Of a stretch of DNA of 64,000 bases, positions 43,879 through 56,143 are shown one piece after another. How positions within the stretch are numbered: position 1 is the stretch's first letter; every line of letters starts with the position of its first letter. This DNA is from Thermomonas sp. (GTDB lineage Bacteria; Pseudomonadota; Gammaproteobacteria; Xanthomonadales; Xanthomonadaceae). A program made the position numbers and the translations under genes. The DNA is taken from positions 1,823-65,822 of the forward strand of contig NZ_JAMQHN010000136.1 in the NCBI RefSeq assembly GCF_025993755.1, written 5' to 3'. Under the pieces are notes generated by a model. The model did no database searches, was not told the origin of the DNA, and saw only the letters and a list, made by a program, of their open reading frames with translations.

Positions 43879-45141
43879 ATGGCACATTTCGAATTGATCC
43901 AGCAGGCGGCGCCCAATGCGGTGATCAAGGTCATCGGCGTCGGCGGCGGCGGCGGCAACGCGGTCGCGCACATGGTCAACAGCAGCGTCGAGGGCGTGGA
44001 ATTCATCACCGCCAACACCGACTCGCAGGCGATCAAGAACTGCGGCGCCAGCCAGCAGCTGACCCTGGGCAGCAACGTCACCAAGGGTCTCGGCGCGGGC
44101 GCGAATCCGGAGGTGGGCCGTCAGGCCGCGCTGGAAGACCGCGACGCGATCATGGACGCGCTGCAGGGCGCGGACATGGTGTTCATCACCGCCGGCATGG
44201 GCGGCGGCACCGGCACCGGCGCGGCGCCGGTGGTGGCGCAACTGGCCAAGGAAATGGGCATCCTCACCGTCGCCGTGGTCACCAAGCCGTTCCCGTTCGA
44301 GGGTCGCCGGCGCATGCAGGTGGCCGCCAAGGGCATCGAGGAGCTGGGCCAGCACTGCGACTCGCTCATCACCATTCCCAACGAAAAACTGATCACCGTG
44401 CTGGGCCGCAATGCCACGATGATCCAGGCGTTCCGCGCGGCCAACGACGTGCTGCTGGGTGCGGTGCAGGGCATCGCCGACCTGATCGTGCGCCCCGGCC
44501 TGATCAACGTCGACTTCGCCGACGTGCGCACGGTGATGTCGGAAATGGGTCTGGCGATGATGGGCACCGGCAGCGCCCGCGGCGACGACCGCGCGCAGGC
44601 GGCGGCCGAGGCGGCGATCCAGAACCCGCTGCTGGACGACGTCAACCTCACCGGCGCCAACGGCATCCTGGTCAACATCACCGCCGGTCCGGATTTCACC
44701 ATGGCCGAGTTCGACGAGGTCGGCCGCACCGTGGAGCAGTTCGCCTCCGAGGATGCGACCGTGGTGATCGGCACCGTGCTCGATCCGGAAATGCAGGACG
44801 AGGTCCGCGTCACCGTGGTCGCCACCGGCCTGAGCCGCGCGACCAGCAGCGTCCGCCTGCCGCAGTCCGAGCCGCGCAACGTGCGCTTCGAGCCGACCGG
44901 CGATGCGCCGCGCCGGCCGCATGTGCAGTTGATCAATTCCCAGCCGCGCCGCGACGGCACTACCGGGCTGGCGATCGACGCCGTCGCCGATCCGTTCGAG
45001 CCGACCGCGACTTCGTTCGCCAGCGCGCTGCGGCGCGGCAGCGCAGGCACGGCCGCTGCGCCTGCGGCGCCAGTCAGCGCGGAGCTGCCCAAGGACGATT
45101 ATCTGGACATCCCCGCCTTCCTGCGTCGCCAGGCGGATTGA
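43879..45141 (+). CDS. ftsZ: Cell division protein FtsZ
   Basis: [30 protein letters not shown] and C-terminal [11 protein letters not shown]. Confidence 0.99.
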   Translation: MAHFELIQQAAPNAVIKVIGVGGGGGNAVAHMVNSSVEGVEFITANTDSQAIKNCGASQQLTLGSNVTKGLGAGANPEVGRQAALEDRDAIMDALQGADMVFITAGMGGGTGTGAAPVVAQLAKEMGILTVAVVTKPFPFEGRRRMQVAAKGIEELGQHCDSLITIPNEKLITVLGRNATMIQAFRAANDVLLGAVQGIADLIVRPGLINVDFADVRTVMSEMGLAMMGTGSARGDDRAQAAAEAAIQNPLLDDVNLTGANGILVNITAGPDFTMAEFDEVGRTVEQFASEDATVVIGTVLDPEMQDEVRVTVVATGLSRATSSVRLPQSEPRNVRFEPTGDAPRRPHVQLINSQPRRDGTTGLAIDAVADPFEPTATSFASALRRGSAGTAAAPAAPVSAELPKDDYLDIPAFLRRQAD

Positions 45142-45158
45142 GGTTGCTTTGTGCAAGT

Positions 45159-45321
45159 CGCGCCGACCGGGATCGGTTGGCGCGTGGGCGTCGGGCCGCA
45201 GCTGCAGCGTCCCGGACTCCAGCGTGGTGCCGGGGACCAGGACGGACCTGACGGCATCGATCCAGGGCCCGCAGGGATGCGGGCGTCCGGTCCATGCACG
45301 TCGGACGATCGTCTGGCGTGC
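45159..45321 (+). ncRNA. Candidate structured ftsZ 3'-UTR RNA with GGA-loop hairpins
   Basis: Five consecutive hairpins; loops GGAT (45170-45173), ACGGA (45242-45246) and GGGA within CAGGGATG (45272-45279). Confidence 0.4.
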
Positions 45322-45325
45322 CTTT

Positions 45326-45356
45326 CGGCCGGTCGGTTCGCCGACCGGCCGCTTTC
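45326..45356 (+). terminator. Terminator-like hairpin ending the dcw transcript
   Basis: CGGCCGGTCGG-TTCG-CCGACCGGCCG perfect 11-bp stem followed by CTTTC (short U-tract). Confidence 0.6.
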
Positions 45357-45414
45357 ATTGCATCGGCGCAATCCCGCGCCCGCATGCGCTTCCGGCTGGG
45401 TTCAGCTACCTGCG

Positions 45415-45423
45415 TGCTAGGCT
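45415..45423 (+). promoter_or_regulatory. Extended -10 of probable leaderless lpxC promoter
   Basis: TG-C-TAGGCT, then 6 nt, then ATG; no SD. Confidence 0.55.
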
Positions 45424-45429
45424 TCCACG

Positions 45430-46344
45430 ATGCTTCGTCAACGCACCCTCAAGAACGTCGTTCGCGCCACCGGCGTGGGCCTTCACGGCGGGGAAAAGGT
45501 TTTCCTGACCCTGCGGCCGGCGCCGGTCGATGCCGGCATCAGCTTCCGCCGCACCGATCTGGAACCGGACGTGGTGCTGCCGGCCAGCGCGGTGCTGGTC
45601 AACGAAACTACCCTGTGCACCGGCCTTGGCCGCGATGGCGTCAAGGTGCAGACGGTCGAACACCTGATGTCGGCGCTGGCGGGGCTGGGCATCGACAACG
45701 CCGCCATCGACCTGACCGCGCCGGAAGTGCCGATCATGGACGGCTCGTCCGGGCCGTTCGTGTTCCTGCTGCAATCGGCCGGGATCGTCGAACAGGACGC
45801 GCCCAAGCGTTTCATCCGCATCCTCAGGCCGGTGGAAGTGCGCGACGGCGACAAGATCGCCCGCTTCGAGCCCTACGACGGCTTCCGGCTCGGCTTCACG
45901 GTCAAGTTCAACCATCCGGCGATCCCCGAGGCGCTGTCCCGCGTCGAACTGGAGTTTTCGACCGAGAACTACATCCGCGAGATCAGCCGCGCCCGCACCT
46001 TCGGCTTCATGCGCGACCTGGAAGCCATGCGCGAGCACAACCTGGGGCTGGGCGGCTCGATGGACAACGCCATCGTGCTCGACGAGTTCCGGGTGCTCAA
46101 CGAGGACGGCCTGCGCTACGCCGACGAATTCGTGCGGCACAAGGCGCTGGACGCGATCGGCGACCTGTACCTGGCCGGGCACGCGATCCTGGGCTCCTAC
46201 GAGGGCTACAAGTCGGGGCATGCCCTGAACAACGCCCTGGTGCGTGCACTGCTCGTCGACGCGGAAGCCTGGGATGTGGTCAGTGGCGAAACCGCCGAAG
46301 CGCTGCCGCTGCCGCGCTATGGCGTCGCGCTGCCGGCGACCTGA
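45430..46344 (+). CDS. lpxC: UDP-3-O-acyl-GlcNAc deacetylase
   Basis: [27 protein letters not shown] and RHKALD. Confidence 0.98.
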   Translation: MLRQRTLKNVVRATGVGLHGGEKVFLTLRPAPVDAGISFRRTDLEPDVVLPASAVLVNETTLCTGLGRDGVKVQTVEHLMSALAGLGIDNAAIDLTAPEVPIMDGSSGPFVFLLQSAGIVEQDAPKRFIRILRPVEVRDGDKIARFEPYDGFRLGFTVKFNHPAIPEALSRVELEFSTENYIREISRARTFGFMRDLEAMREHNLGLGGSMDNAIVLDEFRVLNEDGLRYADEFVRHKALDAIGDLYLAGHAILGSYEGYKSGHALNNALVRALLVDAEAWDVVSGETAEALPLPRYGVALPAT

Positions 46345-46499
46345 AGCACGCCAAAAGGCCGGTTTGCGGCCGAGGCAGGGCCGCCCCGCCACCGTGCAGG
46401 CCGCTTCCGCACGGGCCGCTGCCAGTCCGGCGGTCGATCTGCGCGACGTTTCCTGAACGCCGATTACGGCTTTCTTAACAATTTCCGGCAGTTGCGCGG

Positions 46500-47018
46500 T
46501 TAGGATGCGCCGTGGCCGGTTCTGGGAGTGTTCTGCGTTCCCCGATCTTTCCGGCCCGACGACCGTCGCGTCGGAGCTTCTTCCCCGGCGTCCGGTCGCA
46601 GCAGATCCAGTGCAGCCGCCAGCCCCGTGCGGGCGGCTGCCGAGATCGGGGCATGACCTCCCGCGTCCGGCGGTAGCGGGCGCAGCGGGCCGGCGGTCGT
46701 CTTGACGCCAAGGTCGTTCACCTCGAGCCCGACGGAGCGGGCGGCGTCGATCAATGCGGGTGAGGCCAGCCGAAGCTTGGCGTGCCACATCGGGGAATCG
46801 ACGACGAAAACCAGCTTGTCCTTGCGGATGTTGGCAAGGCGGGCGTGCGCCGCCAGCCCCTGAGGCAGGTGGGGTCGCAACAACTGGTCCACCGCGTCGA
46901 GCCACCGGGCGCGGCGCAAGGTGTCACCGGCCGAGCCGGCGAACAGCGCCTCCAGCGCTGCGCGCGGGCCAGAGGTCGGGGCATCGCCCCGCGGGGGCGT
47001 GGATCGCGAGCCAGGCAT
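46500..47018 (-). CDS. DUF721/DciA-family protein
   Basis: Antisense between lpxC and M23/secA, the usual DUF721 slot; HARLANIR..KLVFVVDSPMWHAKLR. Confidence 0.82.
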   Translation of the reverse strand: MPGSRSTPPRGDAPTSGPRAALEALFAGSAGDTLRRARWLDAVDQLLRPHLPQGLAAHARLANIRKDKLVFVVDSPMWHAKLRLASPALIDAARSVGLEVNDLGVKTTAGPLRPLPPDAGGHAPISAAARTGLAAALDLLRPDAGEEAPTRRSSGRKDRGTQNTPRTGHGAS

Positions 47019-47023
47019 TGCAA

Positions 47024-47977
47024 ATGATCGAATCGAACGAGCTCCAGGACAACCCGCACGATACCCGCAACCGCGCCGAGCTGTCGCTGGAGCGTTTCCG
47101 CCATTGGGCCACCGCGCGCCCGCTGGCCGCGCTGGCGCTGCTGCTCGGCGCCGGCATGCTGTGCGGCGCGGTGCTGCGCAGCGCGGTGGGCATGGCCCAG
47201 GTCCAGGTGCTGCAGGCGTCGAACTCCGAGAAGCAGGCCGAGCTGGACCGCGCCAGGCGCGATGCCCAGCGCGAGGTCAATGCGCTGGCGGCGCGGCTGG
47301 CCGAACTGCAGGCACAGGCCAACCGCTTGAACGCACTGGGCAGTCGCCTGACCCAGACCGGACAACTCGAGGACGGTGAATTCGACTTCCAGCGGCCGGT
47401 GGGTCAGGGTGGCCGCGGCCGCAGCAGCGACATGCCGGTGGCTGAACTGAAGCAGCGGCTGTCGGCGCTGGAAGCCGACTACCGCAATGCCGACACCCAG
47501 CTGTCGGTGATCGAATCCCTGCTGTTCAACCGCCAACTCGACCTGCGCGCCACGCCGTCGCGCTACCCGGTGTCCGGCAGCTACATCACCTCGGGCTTCG
47601 GCCGTCGCGCCGACCCGTTCGGCGGCGGCGGCGAATACCACAGGGGCATCGATTTCGAGGCCAACCCGGGCGATCCGGTGCTGGCGGTCGCCGATGGCGT
47701 GGTCAGCTTTGCTGGCGTGCGCAACGGCTACGGCAACACGATCGAAGTCGACCACGGCAACGGCTACGTCACCCGCTATGCCCACAATTCACGCCTGACC
47801 CATCAGGTCGGCGATCTGGTCCGCGCCGGGCAGCAAATCGCCAGCGCAGGCTCCACCGGCCGTTCCACCGGCACCCACGTCCACCTCGAAGTCTGGCAGG
47901 ACGGCGTGGTGGTCGATCCGCGCCGCTTCCTTGGCCACAACGACGCCCTGGCCCGCCACGGGCCGGCGCAAGGCTGA
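47024..47977 (+). CDS. M23-family metallopeptidase with TM and coiled coil
   Basis: ITSGFG, HRGIDF (HxxxD), TRYAH and STGTHVHLEV (HxH). Confidence 0.94.
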   Translation: MIESNELQDNPHDTRNRAELSLERFRHWATARPLAALALLLGAGMLCGAVLRSAVGMAQVQVLQASNSEKQAELDRARRDAQREVNALAARLAELQAQANRLNALGSRLTQTGQLEDGEFDFQRPVGQGGRGRSSDMPVAELKQRLSALEADYRNADTQLSVIESLLFNRQLDLRATPSRYPVSGSYITSGFGRRADPFGGGGEYHRGIDFEANPGDPVLAVADGVVSFAGVRNGYGNTIEVDHGNGYVTRYAHNSRLTHQVGDLVRAGQQIASAGSTGRSTGTHVHLEVWQDGVVVDPRRFLGHNDALARHGPAQG

Positions 47978-48125
47978 CCAGACGGACGGCGCGCCGGCAG
48001 GGCACGCCGCATCCCGTTAAACTGTCCGGCTTCGCTCGGGATTCATGCCCGCAGCGGGACCCGACGTTGTCGCCGATTCCGATGCCGCGCCGCAGGCGCG
48101 CATCCCGCCAAGGACTGCATCACCC

Positions 48126-50831
<2,706 letters not shown>

Positions 50832-50911
50832 CAAGCTGCCCGTGTCCAGCCCGCGTTGCGAGCTGGCCCCCCCCAAGGCCGCTGTGCGGCCTCGGGGCCC
50901 CACGTGGCGTA

Positions 50912-50960
50912 CCTCCGATCCCTTGCGCCTTCGGCGCGCCCCCCTTACCAAGGGGGGGCT
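50912..50960. repeat. Dispersed palindromic repeat (CCCCCTT-ACC-AAGGGGG family), copy 2
   Basis: CCTCCGATCCCTTGCGCCTTCGGCGCGCCCCCCTTACCAAGGGGGGGCT, an inverted match to 27868-27917. Confidence 0.8.
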
Positions 50961-51015
50961 TGGGATGCCGAAATATTCTTGTGCGAACCAACGATGAAGT
51001 GCGGTTTGTGAGCCG

Positions 51016-51405
51016 ATGAAGCAGATCCACGTCGTTGCCGCCGTTCTGCGCGATGTGCGCGGCCGGATCCTGCTGGCGCGCCGCACCGAGGGCCGCGAAC
51101 TGGCGGGGTTGTGGGAGTTCCCGGGCGGCAAGGTCGAGCCGGACGAGTCGCCGGAGGCGGCGCTGGTGCGCGAACTGCGCGAGGAGCTTGGCATCGACGC
51201 CACGGTGGGCGCCGAAGTGCTGCAGGTCACCCACGAGGATGCCGTCAAGCGGCTGCTGCTGGACGTGCGCGAGGCGAGTTTCAACGGCAGACCGCGCGGA
51301 CTCGAGGGGCAGGCACTGGCCTGGGTGCCGCTGCACAAACTGGCCGACTATCCGATGCCGCCGCCAGACCGGCCGGTGGTGGCGGCGCTGCTGGCGCAGG
51401 TCTGA
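51016..51405 (+). CDS. mutT: Nudix hydrolase, 8-oxo-dGTP diphosphatase MutT
   Basis: WEFPGGKVEPDESPEAALVRELREELG Nudix box; follows secA. Confidence 0.88.
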   Translation: MKQIHVVAAVLRDVRGRILLARRTEGRELAGLWEFPGGKVEPDESPEAALVRELREELGIDATVGAEVLQVTHEDAVKRLLLDVREASFNGRPRGLEGQALAWVPLHKLADYPMPPPDRPVVAALLAQV

Positions 51406-51438
51406 TTTCAGGACTGATTCCGGACCGGAAGGCCGTCG

Positions 51439-52059
51439 TCAGAATCCGGCTTCCGACGCCAGGTTGCGGTACAGGCGATCCAGCGCGGCGACCTGCGGCT
51501 CCAGCGCCTCGGGCGTCGCCTCGTTGGACAGGACATCGTCGGCGATGGCCAGCCGCTGCGCGCGCGTGGCCTGTGCTCCGATCATCGAACGCGCCAGCGC
51601 CGGGTCGATTCCGTCGCGCCGCAGCAGGCGCTGCAGCTGCGTTTCCGGCGAGACGTCGACGACCAGGATGCGCTGCAGCCAGGGATAGGCCTGGCCGCCG
51701 CCGCCTTCGGCCAGCAGGGGAATCGAGGCGATCGCGTAGGGCCCGTCCGCCGCCGTGCATTCGGCGTGCAGCGTCGCCCGCACGCGCGGATGGACGATGG
51801 CTTCCAGTTGTCGCCGCGCCTGCGGGTCGGCGAACACCCGCTTGCGCATCGCCGCGCGGTCGAGACTGCCGTCCGCCGCAAGCACCTCGGCGCCGAAGGC
51901 CGCGACGACTTCGGCCAGTCCGGACGTGCCGGTTGCGACCGCTGCGCGCGCCGCGGCGTCGGCGTCGGCGATGACGATGCCCAGCGCCCGGAACAGCGCC
52001 TCCACGGTGGATTTGCCGGAGGCCACGCCGCCGGTCAGGCCGAGGATGAAGCCGCTCAT
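51439..52059 (-). CDS. coaE: Dephospho-CoA kinase
   Basis: GLTGGVASGKS, DADAAAR, LDRAAMR, IVHP and IPLLAE. Confidence 0.96.
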   Translation of the reverse strand: MSGFILGLTGGVASGKSTVEALFRALGIVIADADAAARAAVATGTSGLAEVVAAFGAEVLAADGSLDRAAMRKRVFADPQARRQLEAIVHPRVRATLHAECTAADGPYAIASIPLLAEGGGGQAYPWLQRILVVDVSPETQLQRLLRRDGIDPALARSMIGAQATRAQRLAIADDVLSNEATPEALEPQVAALDRLYRNLASEAGF

Positions 52060-52100
52060 GGCCGGCGCGCCTTGCGCATCGTCGTCACGGTGCCGCCGCG

Positions 52101-52976
52101 TCAGTCGTTGGCGGCCGACAGCTCCGCGCCGCGCGTCCGCGCCGCGTGGATGGCGTCGGCCACCAGCCCGCGCAGGCCGCCGGCCTCGAACCGTTCCAGC
52201 GCGGCCTGGGTGGTGCCGTTGGGGGACGTCACGCGCTTGCGAAGCTCGGCGGCATCGACGCCGGATTCGACCAGCATGCGGCTGGCGCCGAGCACGGTCT
52301 GCAGCGCCAGCGCACGCGCCGCTTCCGGCGCCAGACCTTCCCGGATGCCGGCGTCGATCATCGCCTCGGCCAGCAGGAACACGTAGGCCGGGCCGCTGCC
52401 GGACAGGGCTGTGACAGCGTCCATCTGCGCTTCGTCGTCGATCCAGACGGTCGTTCCGGCGGCGGCCAGCAGCGCCTGCGCCAGCGCGCGTCCGTCGGCA
52501 TCGACGCCGGGGCGGGCGTACAGCCCGGATGCGCCCGCGCCCAGCAGGGCGGGCGTGTTGGGCATCACCCGCACGACCCGGATGCCGCCGCCCAGCCAGC
52601 GGTCAAGCTGGTCGCTGGTGATGCCCGCCGCGATCGAGACGACCAGCGGCGCCTGCGCCTGCCGTGCCTGTGCGGCCAGCCCTTCGCAGACCGGCCGCAT
52701 GACCTGCGGCTTCACGGCGAAGATCCAGGTGCCGGCGCCTTCGACGGCCTGCGCCGCCTGCTCGAACACGGCCACCCCGAAATCCCTGTGCAGTGCCTCG
52801 CGCAACGGCGATACCGGTTCGGCGACGCGGATGTGGGCCGGGTCGATGCCCTGGCGCAGCAGGCCTCCGATCAGGCTGCGCGCCATGTTGCCGCCGCCGA
52901 TGAAAGCAAGTGGGCGGGAACTGGACAGCCGTTCGGCGATCGATTGCGGGGAGGCTGGGGTTTCGGAAGGACTCAT
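52101..52976 (-). CDS. proC: Pyrroline-5-carboxylate reductase
   Basis: FIGGGNM, AVKPQ, RVMPNTP, TALSGSGPAY and VTSPNGTT; start approximate. Confidence 0.96.
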   Translation of the reverse strand: MSPSETPASPQSIAERLSSSRPLAFIGGGNMARSLIGGLLRQGIDPAHIRVAEPVSPLREALHRDFGVAVFEQAAQAVEGAGTWIFAVKPQVMRPVCEGLAAQARQAQAPLVVSIAAGITSDQLDRWLGGGIRVVRVMPNTPALLGAGASGLYARPGVDADGRALAQALLAAAGTTVWIDDEAQMDAVTALSGSGPAYVFLLAEAMIDAGIREGLAPEAARALALQTVLGASRMLVESGVDAAELRKRVTSPNGTTQAALERFEAGGLRGLVADAIHAARTRGAELSAAND

Positions 52977-52997
52977 GGGAATGGCGGATCCTGACAA

Positions 52998-53693
52998 TCA
53001 GGGTTTGGGCGGGCGGGGGCCGAACAGGGCGCTGCCGACCCGGACCATGGTCGCACCTTCCTCGATGGCGGCGAGGAAGTCCTCGCTCATGCCCATCGAC
53101 AGGGTGTCCAGATCGGGGTGGTTGGTCCGCAGCGCGTCGAATTGCGCGGCCATCGCCCGGAACGCGGCGCGCCGGCGCGTCATGTCGGGCTCGGGTGCGG
53201 GGATCGCCATCAGCCCGCGCAGACGCAGGCGCGGCTGGTCGGCGATGGCGGCGGCCAACGGGGCGATTTCCTGCGGCCGGCAGCCGTGTTTGCCGGCCTC
53301 GTCGTCGATGTTCACCTGGATCAGCACGTTGAGCGGCTCCAGCGCTTCCGGGCGATGGCGCGCCAGCGCGGTCGCCAGCCTGGCGCTATCCACGGTCTGC
53401 ACCCAGTCGAAGGCGCGCGCGGCCAGATCGGCCTTGTTGGACTGCAGGTGGCCGATCAGGTGCCATTCCAGGCTGAGCGCGCGCAGCGCCTCGATCTTCG
53501 GCAGGGCTTCCTGCACGTAGTTTTCGCCGAAGGCGCGCTGCCCAGCCGCGGCGACGGCCGCGATCGCCTGCGCGTCGCGGGTTTTCGAGACGGCGACCAG
53601 GCGGGCGGCTGGCCTGCCGCCGGCGTGAGCTGCGTTAGCCATCGAGGAGAGGATTCGTCCGAGGGCGGGTCCGGGGTCGGGGATCGGAGGCAT
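52998..53693 (-). CDS. yggS: PLP homeostasis protein YggS
   Basis: LVAVSKT, FGENYVQE, WHLIGHLQSNK, LSMGMS and VRVGSALFG; start approximate. Confidence 0.95.
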   Translation of the reverse strand: MPPIPDPGPALGRILSSMANAAHAGGRPAARLVAVSKTRDAQAIAAVAAAGQRAFGENYVQEALPKIEALRALSLEWHLIGHLQSNKADLAARAFDWVQTVDSARLATALARHRPEALEPLNVLIQVNIDDEAGKHGCRPQEIAPLAAAIADQPRLRLRGLMAIPAPEPDMTRRRAAFRAMAAQFDALRTNHPDLDTLSMGMSEDFLAAIEEGATMVRVGSALFGPRPPKP

Positions 53694-53832
53694 GGGCGGC
53701 GTGAGCAGCGTGGGCGCGGCGGTTGTACGTGGACGCATCTGGCGCTCATACTGCGGCATCGGGATCGCGGCGCCAACCGGCGGCCGGCGGTCAGGGGATC
53801 GACAACACAACTGAACGGCGCGGGGGAAACGC

Positions 53833-54870
53833 ATGGATATTGCCGAACTGCTGGCATTCTCGGTCAAGAACAAGGCCTCGGACTTGCACCTGTCGGCCGG
53901 CGTGCCGCCGATGATCCGCGTCGACGGCGACGTGCGGCGCATCAACATCCCCGCGCTCGACCACAAGCAGGTTCACGCGCTGGTGTACGACATCATGTCG
54001 GACAAGCAGCGCCGCGACTACGAAGAGTTCCTCGAGTGCGACTTCTCGTTCGAGATCCCGGGCCTGGCGCGTTTCCGCGTCAACGCCTTCAACCAGAATC
54101 GCGGCGCCGGCGCCGTGTTCCGCACCATTCCCTCGGAAGTGCTCACCCTGGAAGACCTCGGCTGTCCGCGCATCTTCAAGGAACTGATCGAGCAGCCGCA
54201 GGGGCTGATCCTCGTCACCGGGCCGACCGGCTCGGGCAAGTCGACCACGCTGGCGGCGATGATCGACCACATCAACAAGAAGGATTACAGCCACATCCTG
54301 TCGGTCGAGGATCCGATCGAATTCGTGCACACCTCGCAGAAGTGCCTGATCAACCAGCGCGAAGTGCACCGCGATACCCACGGCTTCAACGAAGCGCTGC
54401 GCTCGGCGCTGCGTGAAGACCCGGACATCATCCTGGTCGGCGAGTTGCGCGACCTGGAAACCATCCGCCTGGCGCTGACCGCAGCCGAGACCGGCCACCT
54501 GGTGTTCGCCACCCTGCACACCAGTTCGGCGGCCAAGACCATCGACCGCATCATCGACGTGTTCCCCGCCGGCGAAAAGCCGATGGTGCGTTCGATGCTG
54601 TCGGAATCGCTGCGCGCGGTGATTGCGCAGGCGCTGCTGAAGAAGATCGGTGGCGGCCGGACTGCGGCCTGGGAAATCATGGTCGGCACCCCCGCGATCC
54701 GCAACCTGATCCGCGAGGACAAGGTGGCGCAGATGTATTCGTCGATCCAGACCGGACAGGCGGTGGGCATGCAGACCCTCGACCAGCATCTGCAGGATCT
54801 GACCAAGCGTGGCATGGTGAGCCGCAAGGAAGCTTACGACTATGCCAAGGACAAGCGGCTGTTCGAGTAA
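53833..54870 (+). CDS. pilT: Type IV pilus retraction ATPase PilT
   Basis: MDIAELLAFS, GPTGSGKSTT, ALREDPD and AIRNLIRE. Confidence 0.98.
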   Translation: MDIAELLAFSVKNKASDLHLSAGVPPMIRVDGDVRRINIPALDHKQVHALVYDIMSDKQRRDYEEFLECDFSFEIPGLARFRVNAFNQNRGAGAVFRTIPSEVLTLEDLGCPRIFKELIEQPQGLILVTGPTGSGKSTTLAAMIDHINKKDYSHILSVEDPIEFVHTSQKCLINQREVHRDTHGFNEALRSALREDPDIILVGELRDLETIRLALTAAETGHLVFATLHTSSAAKTIDRIIDVFPAGEKPMVRSMLSESLRAVIAQALLKKIGGGRTAAWEIMVGTPAIRNLIREDKVAQMYSSIQTGQAVGMQTLDQHLQDLTKRGMVSRKEAYDYAKDKRLFE

Positions 54871-54885
54871 TTCGGGAGCAACGAC

Positions 54886-56016
54886 ATGAGCAGCATCGAT
54901 TTCACCTCGTTCCTCAAGCTGATGGCGCACCAGAAGGCGTCGGATCTGTTCATCACCGCCGGTATGCCTCCGTCGATGAAGGTCAACGGCAGGCTCAGCC
55001 CGATCACCCAGAATCCGCTGACGCCGCAGCAGTCGCGCGACCTCGTGTTGAACGTGATGTCGCCGCAGCAGCGCGAGGAATTCGAAAAGACCCACGAGTG
55101 CAACTTCGCCATCGGCGTGGCCGGTGTCGGTCGTTTTCGCGTGAGCTGCTTCTACCAGCGCAACCAGGTTGGCATGGTGCTGCGCCGGATCGAGACCCGC
55201 ATCCCGACGGTGGAAGAACTGAGCCTGCCGCCGGTGATCAAGACGCTGGCGATGACCAAGCGCGGCATCATCATCTTCGTCGGCGCCACCGGCACCGGCA
55301 AATCGACCTCGCTGGCGGCGATGATCGGCTACCGCAACGCCAATTCGACCGGCCACATCATCACCATCGAGGACCCGATCGAATTCGTGCACAAGCACGA
55401 CGGCTGCATCATCACCCAGCGCGAAGTCGGCATCGACACCGACAGCTGGGAGAACGCGCTGAAGAACACCCTGCGCCAGGCGCCCGACGTGATCATGATT
55501 GGCGAGGTGCGCACCCGAGAGGGCATGGACCACGCGATCGCCTTCGCCGAAACCGGCCACCTGGTGCTGTGCACCCTGCACGCCAACAACGCCAACCAGG
55601 CGATGGACCGCATCATCAACTTCTTCCCGGAAGACCGCCGCAGCCAGCTGCTGATGGATCTTTCGCTCAACCTCAAGGGCGTGGTCGCGCAGCAGCTGGT
55701 GCCCACCCCGGACGGCAAGGCGCGCCGGGTGGCGATGGAAATCCTGCTCGGTACGCCGCTGGTGCAGGATTACATCCGCGACGGCGAGATCCACAAGCTC
55801 AAGGAAGTGATGAAGGAATCCGTGCAGCTGGGCATGAAGACCTTCGACCAGAGCTTGTTCGAGCTGTACCAGGCCGGCGAGATCAGTTACGAGGATGCGC
55901 TGCGCTTCGCCGACTCCTCCAACGAAGTGCGCCTGCGGATCAAGCTGGCTCAGGGCGGCGACGCCAACACGCTGGCACAGGGTCTGGACGGGGTGCAGGT
56001 CGCCGAGGCGCGCTGA
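54886..56016 (+). CDS. pilU: Type IV pilus retraction ATPase PilU
   Basis: ASDLFITAG, GATGTGKS, TLRQAPD and DSSNEVRLRIK. Confidence 0.97.
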   Translation: MSSIDFTSFLKLMAHQKASDLFITAGMPPSMKVNGRLSPITQNPLTPQQSRDLVLNVMSPQQREEFEKTHECNFAIGVAGVGRFRVSCFYQRNQVGMVLRRIETRIPTVEELSLPPVIKTLAMTKRGIIIFVGATGTGKSTSLAAMIGYRNANSTGHIITIEDPIEFVHKHDGCIITQREVGIDTDSWENALKNTLRQAPDVIMIGEVRTREGMDHAIAFAETGHLVLCTLHANNANQAMDRIINFFPEDRRSQLLMDLSLNLKGVVAQQLVPTPDGKARRVAMEILLGTPLVQDYIRDGEIHKLKEVMKESVQLGMKTFDQSLFELYQAGEISYEDALRFADSSNEVRLRIKLAQGGDANTLAQGLDGVQVAEAR

Positions 56017-56131
56017 GCGCGTCTGGCTCCGGTGCGCGCCGTTCTTCCTGCGTCGGCGCTGCTCTCGTCGGGCCGTGCCGGTGCGGTCGCATGATGTCGC
56101 GGTTCGGCGCTGCGCCGTCTGGTGGCCACGC

Positions 56132-56137
56132 TAGAAT
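56132..56137 (+). promoter_or_regulatory. -10 of probable leaderless yqgE promoter
   Basis: TAGAAT, then 6 nt, then ATG 56144; no SD. Confidence 0.6.
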
Positions 56138-56143
56138 GGCCCC

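Noticed and set aside
56017..56130. Strongly A-poor pilU-yqgE spacer
   Set aside because: No convincing ORF, repeat or stable fold recognised; composition alone is insufficient.
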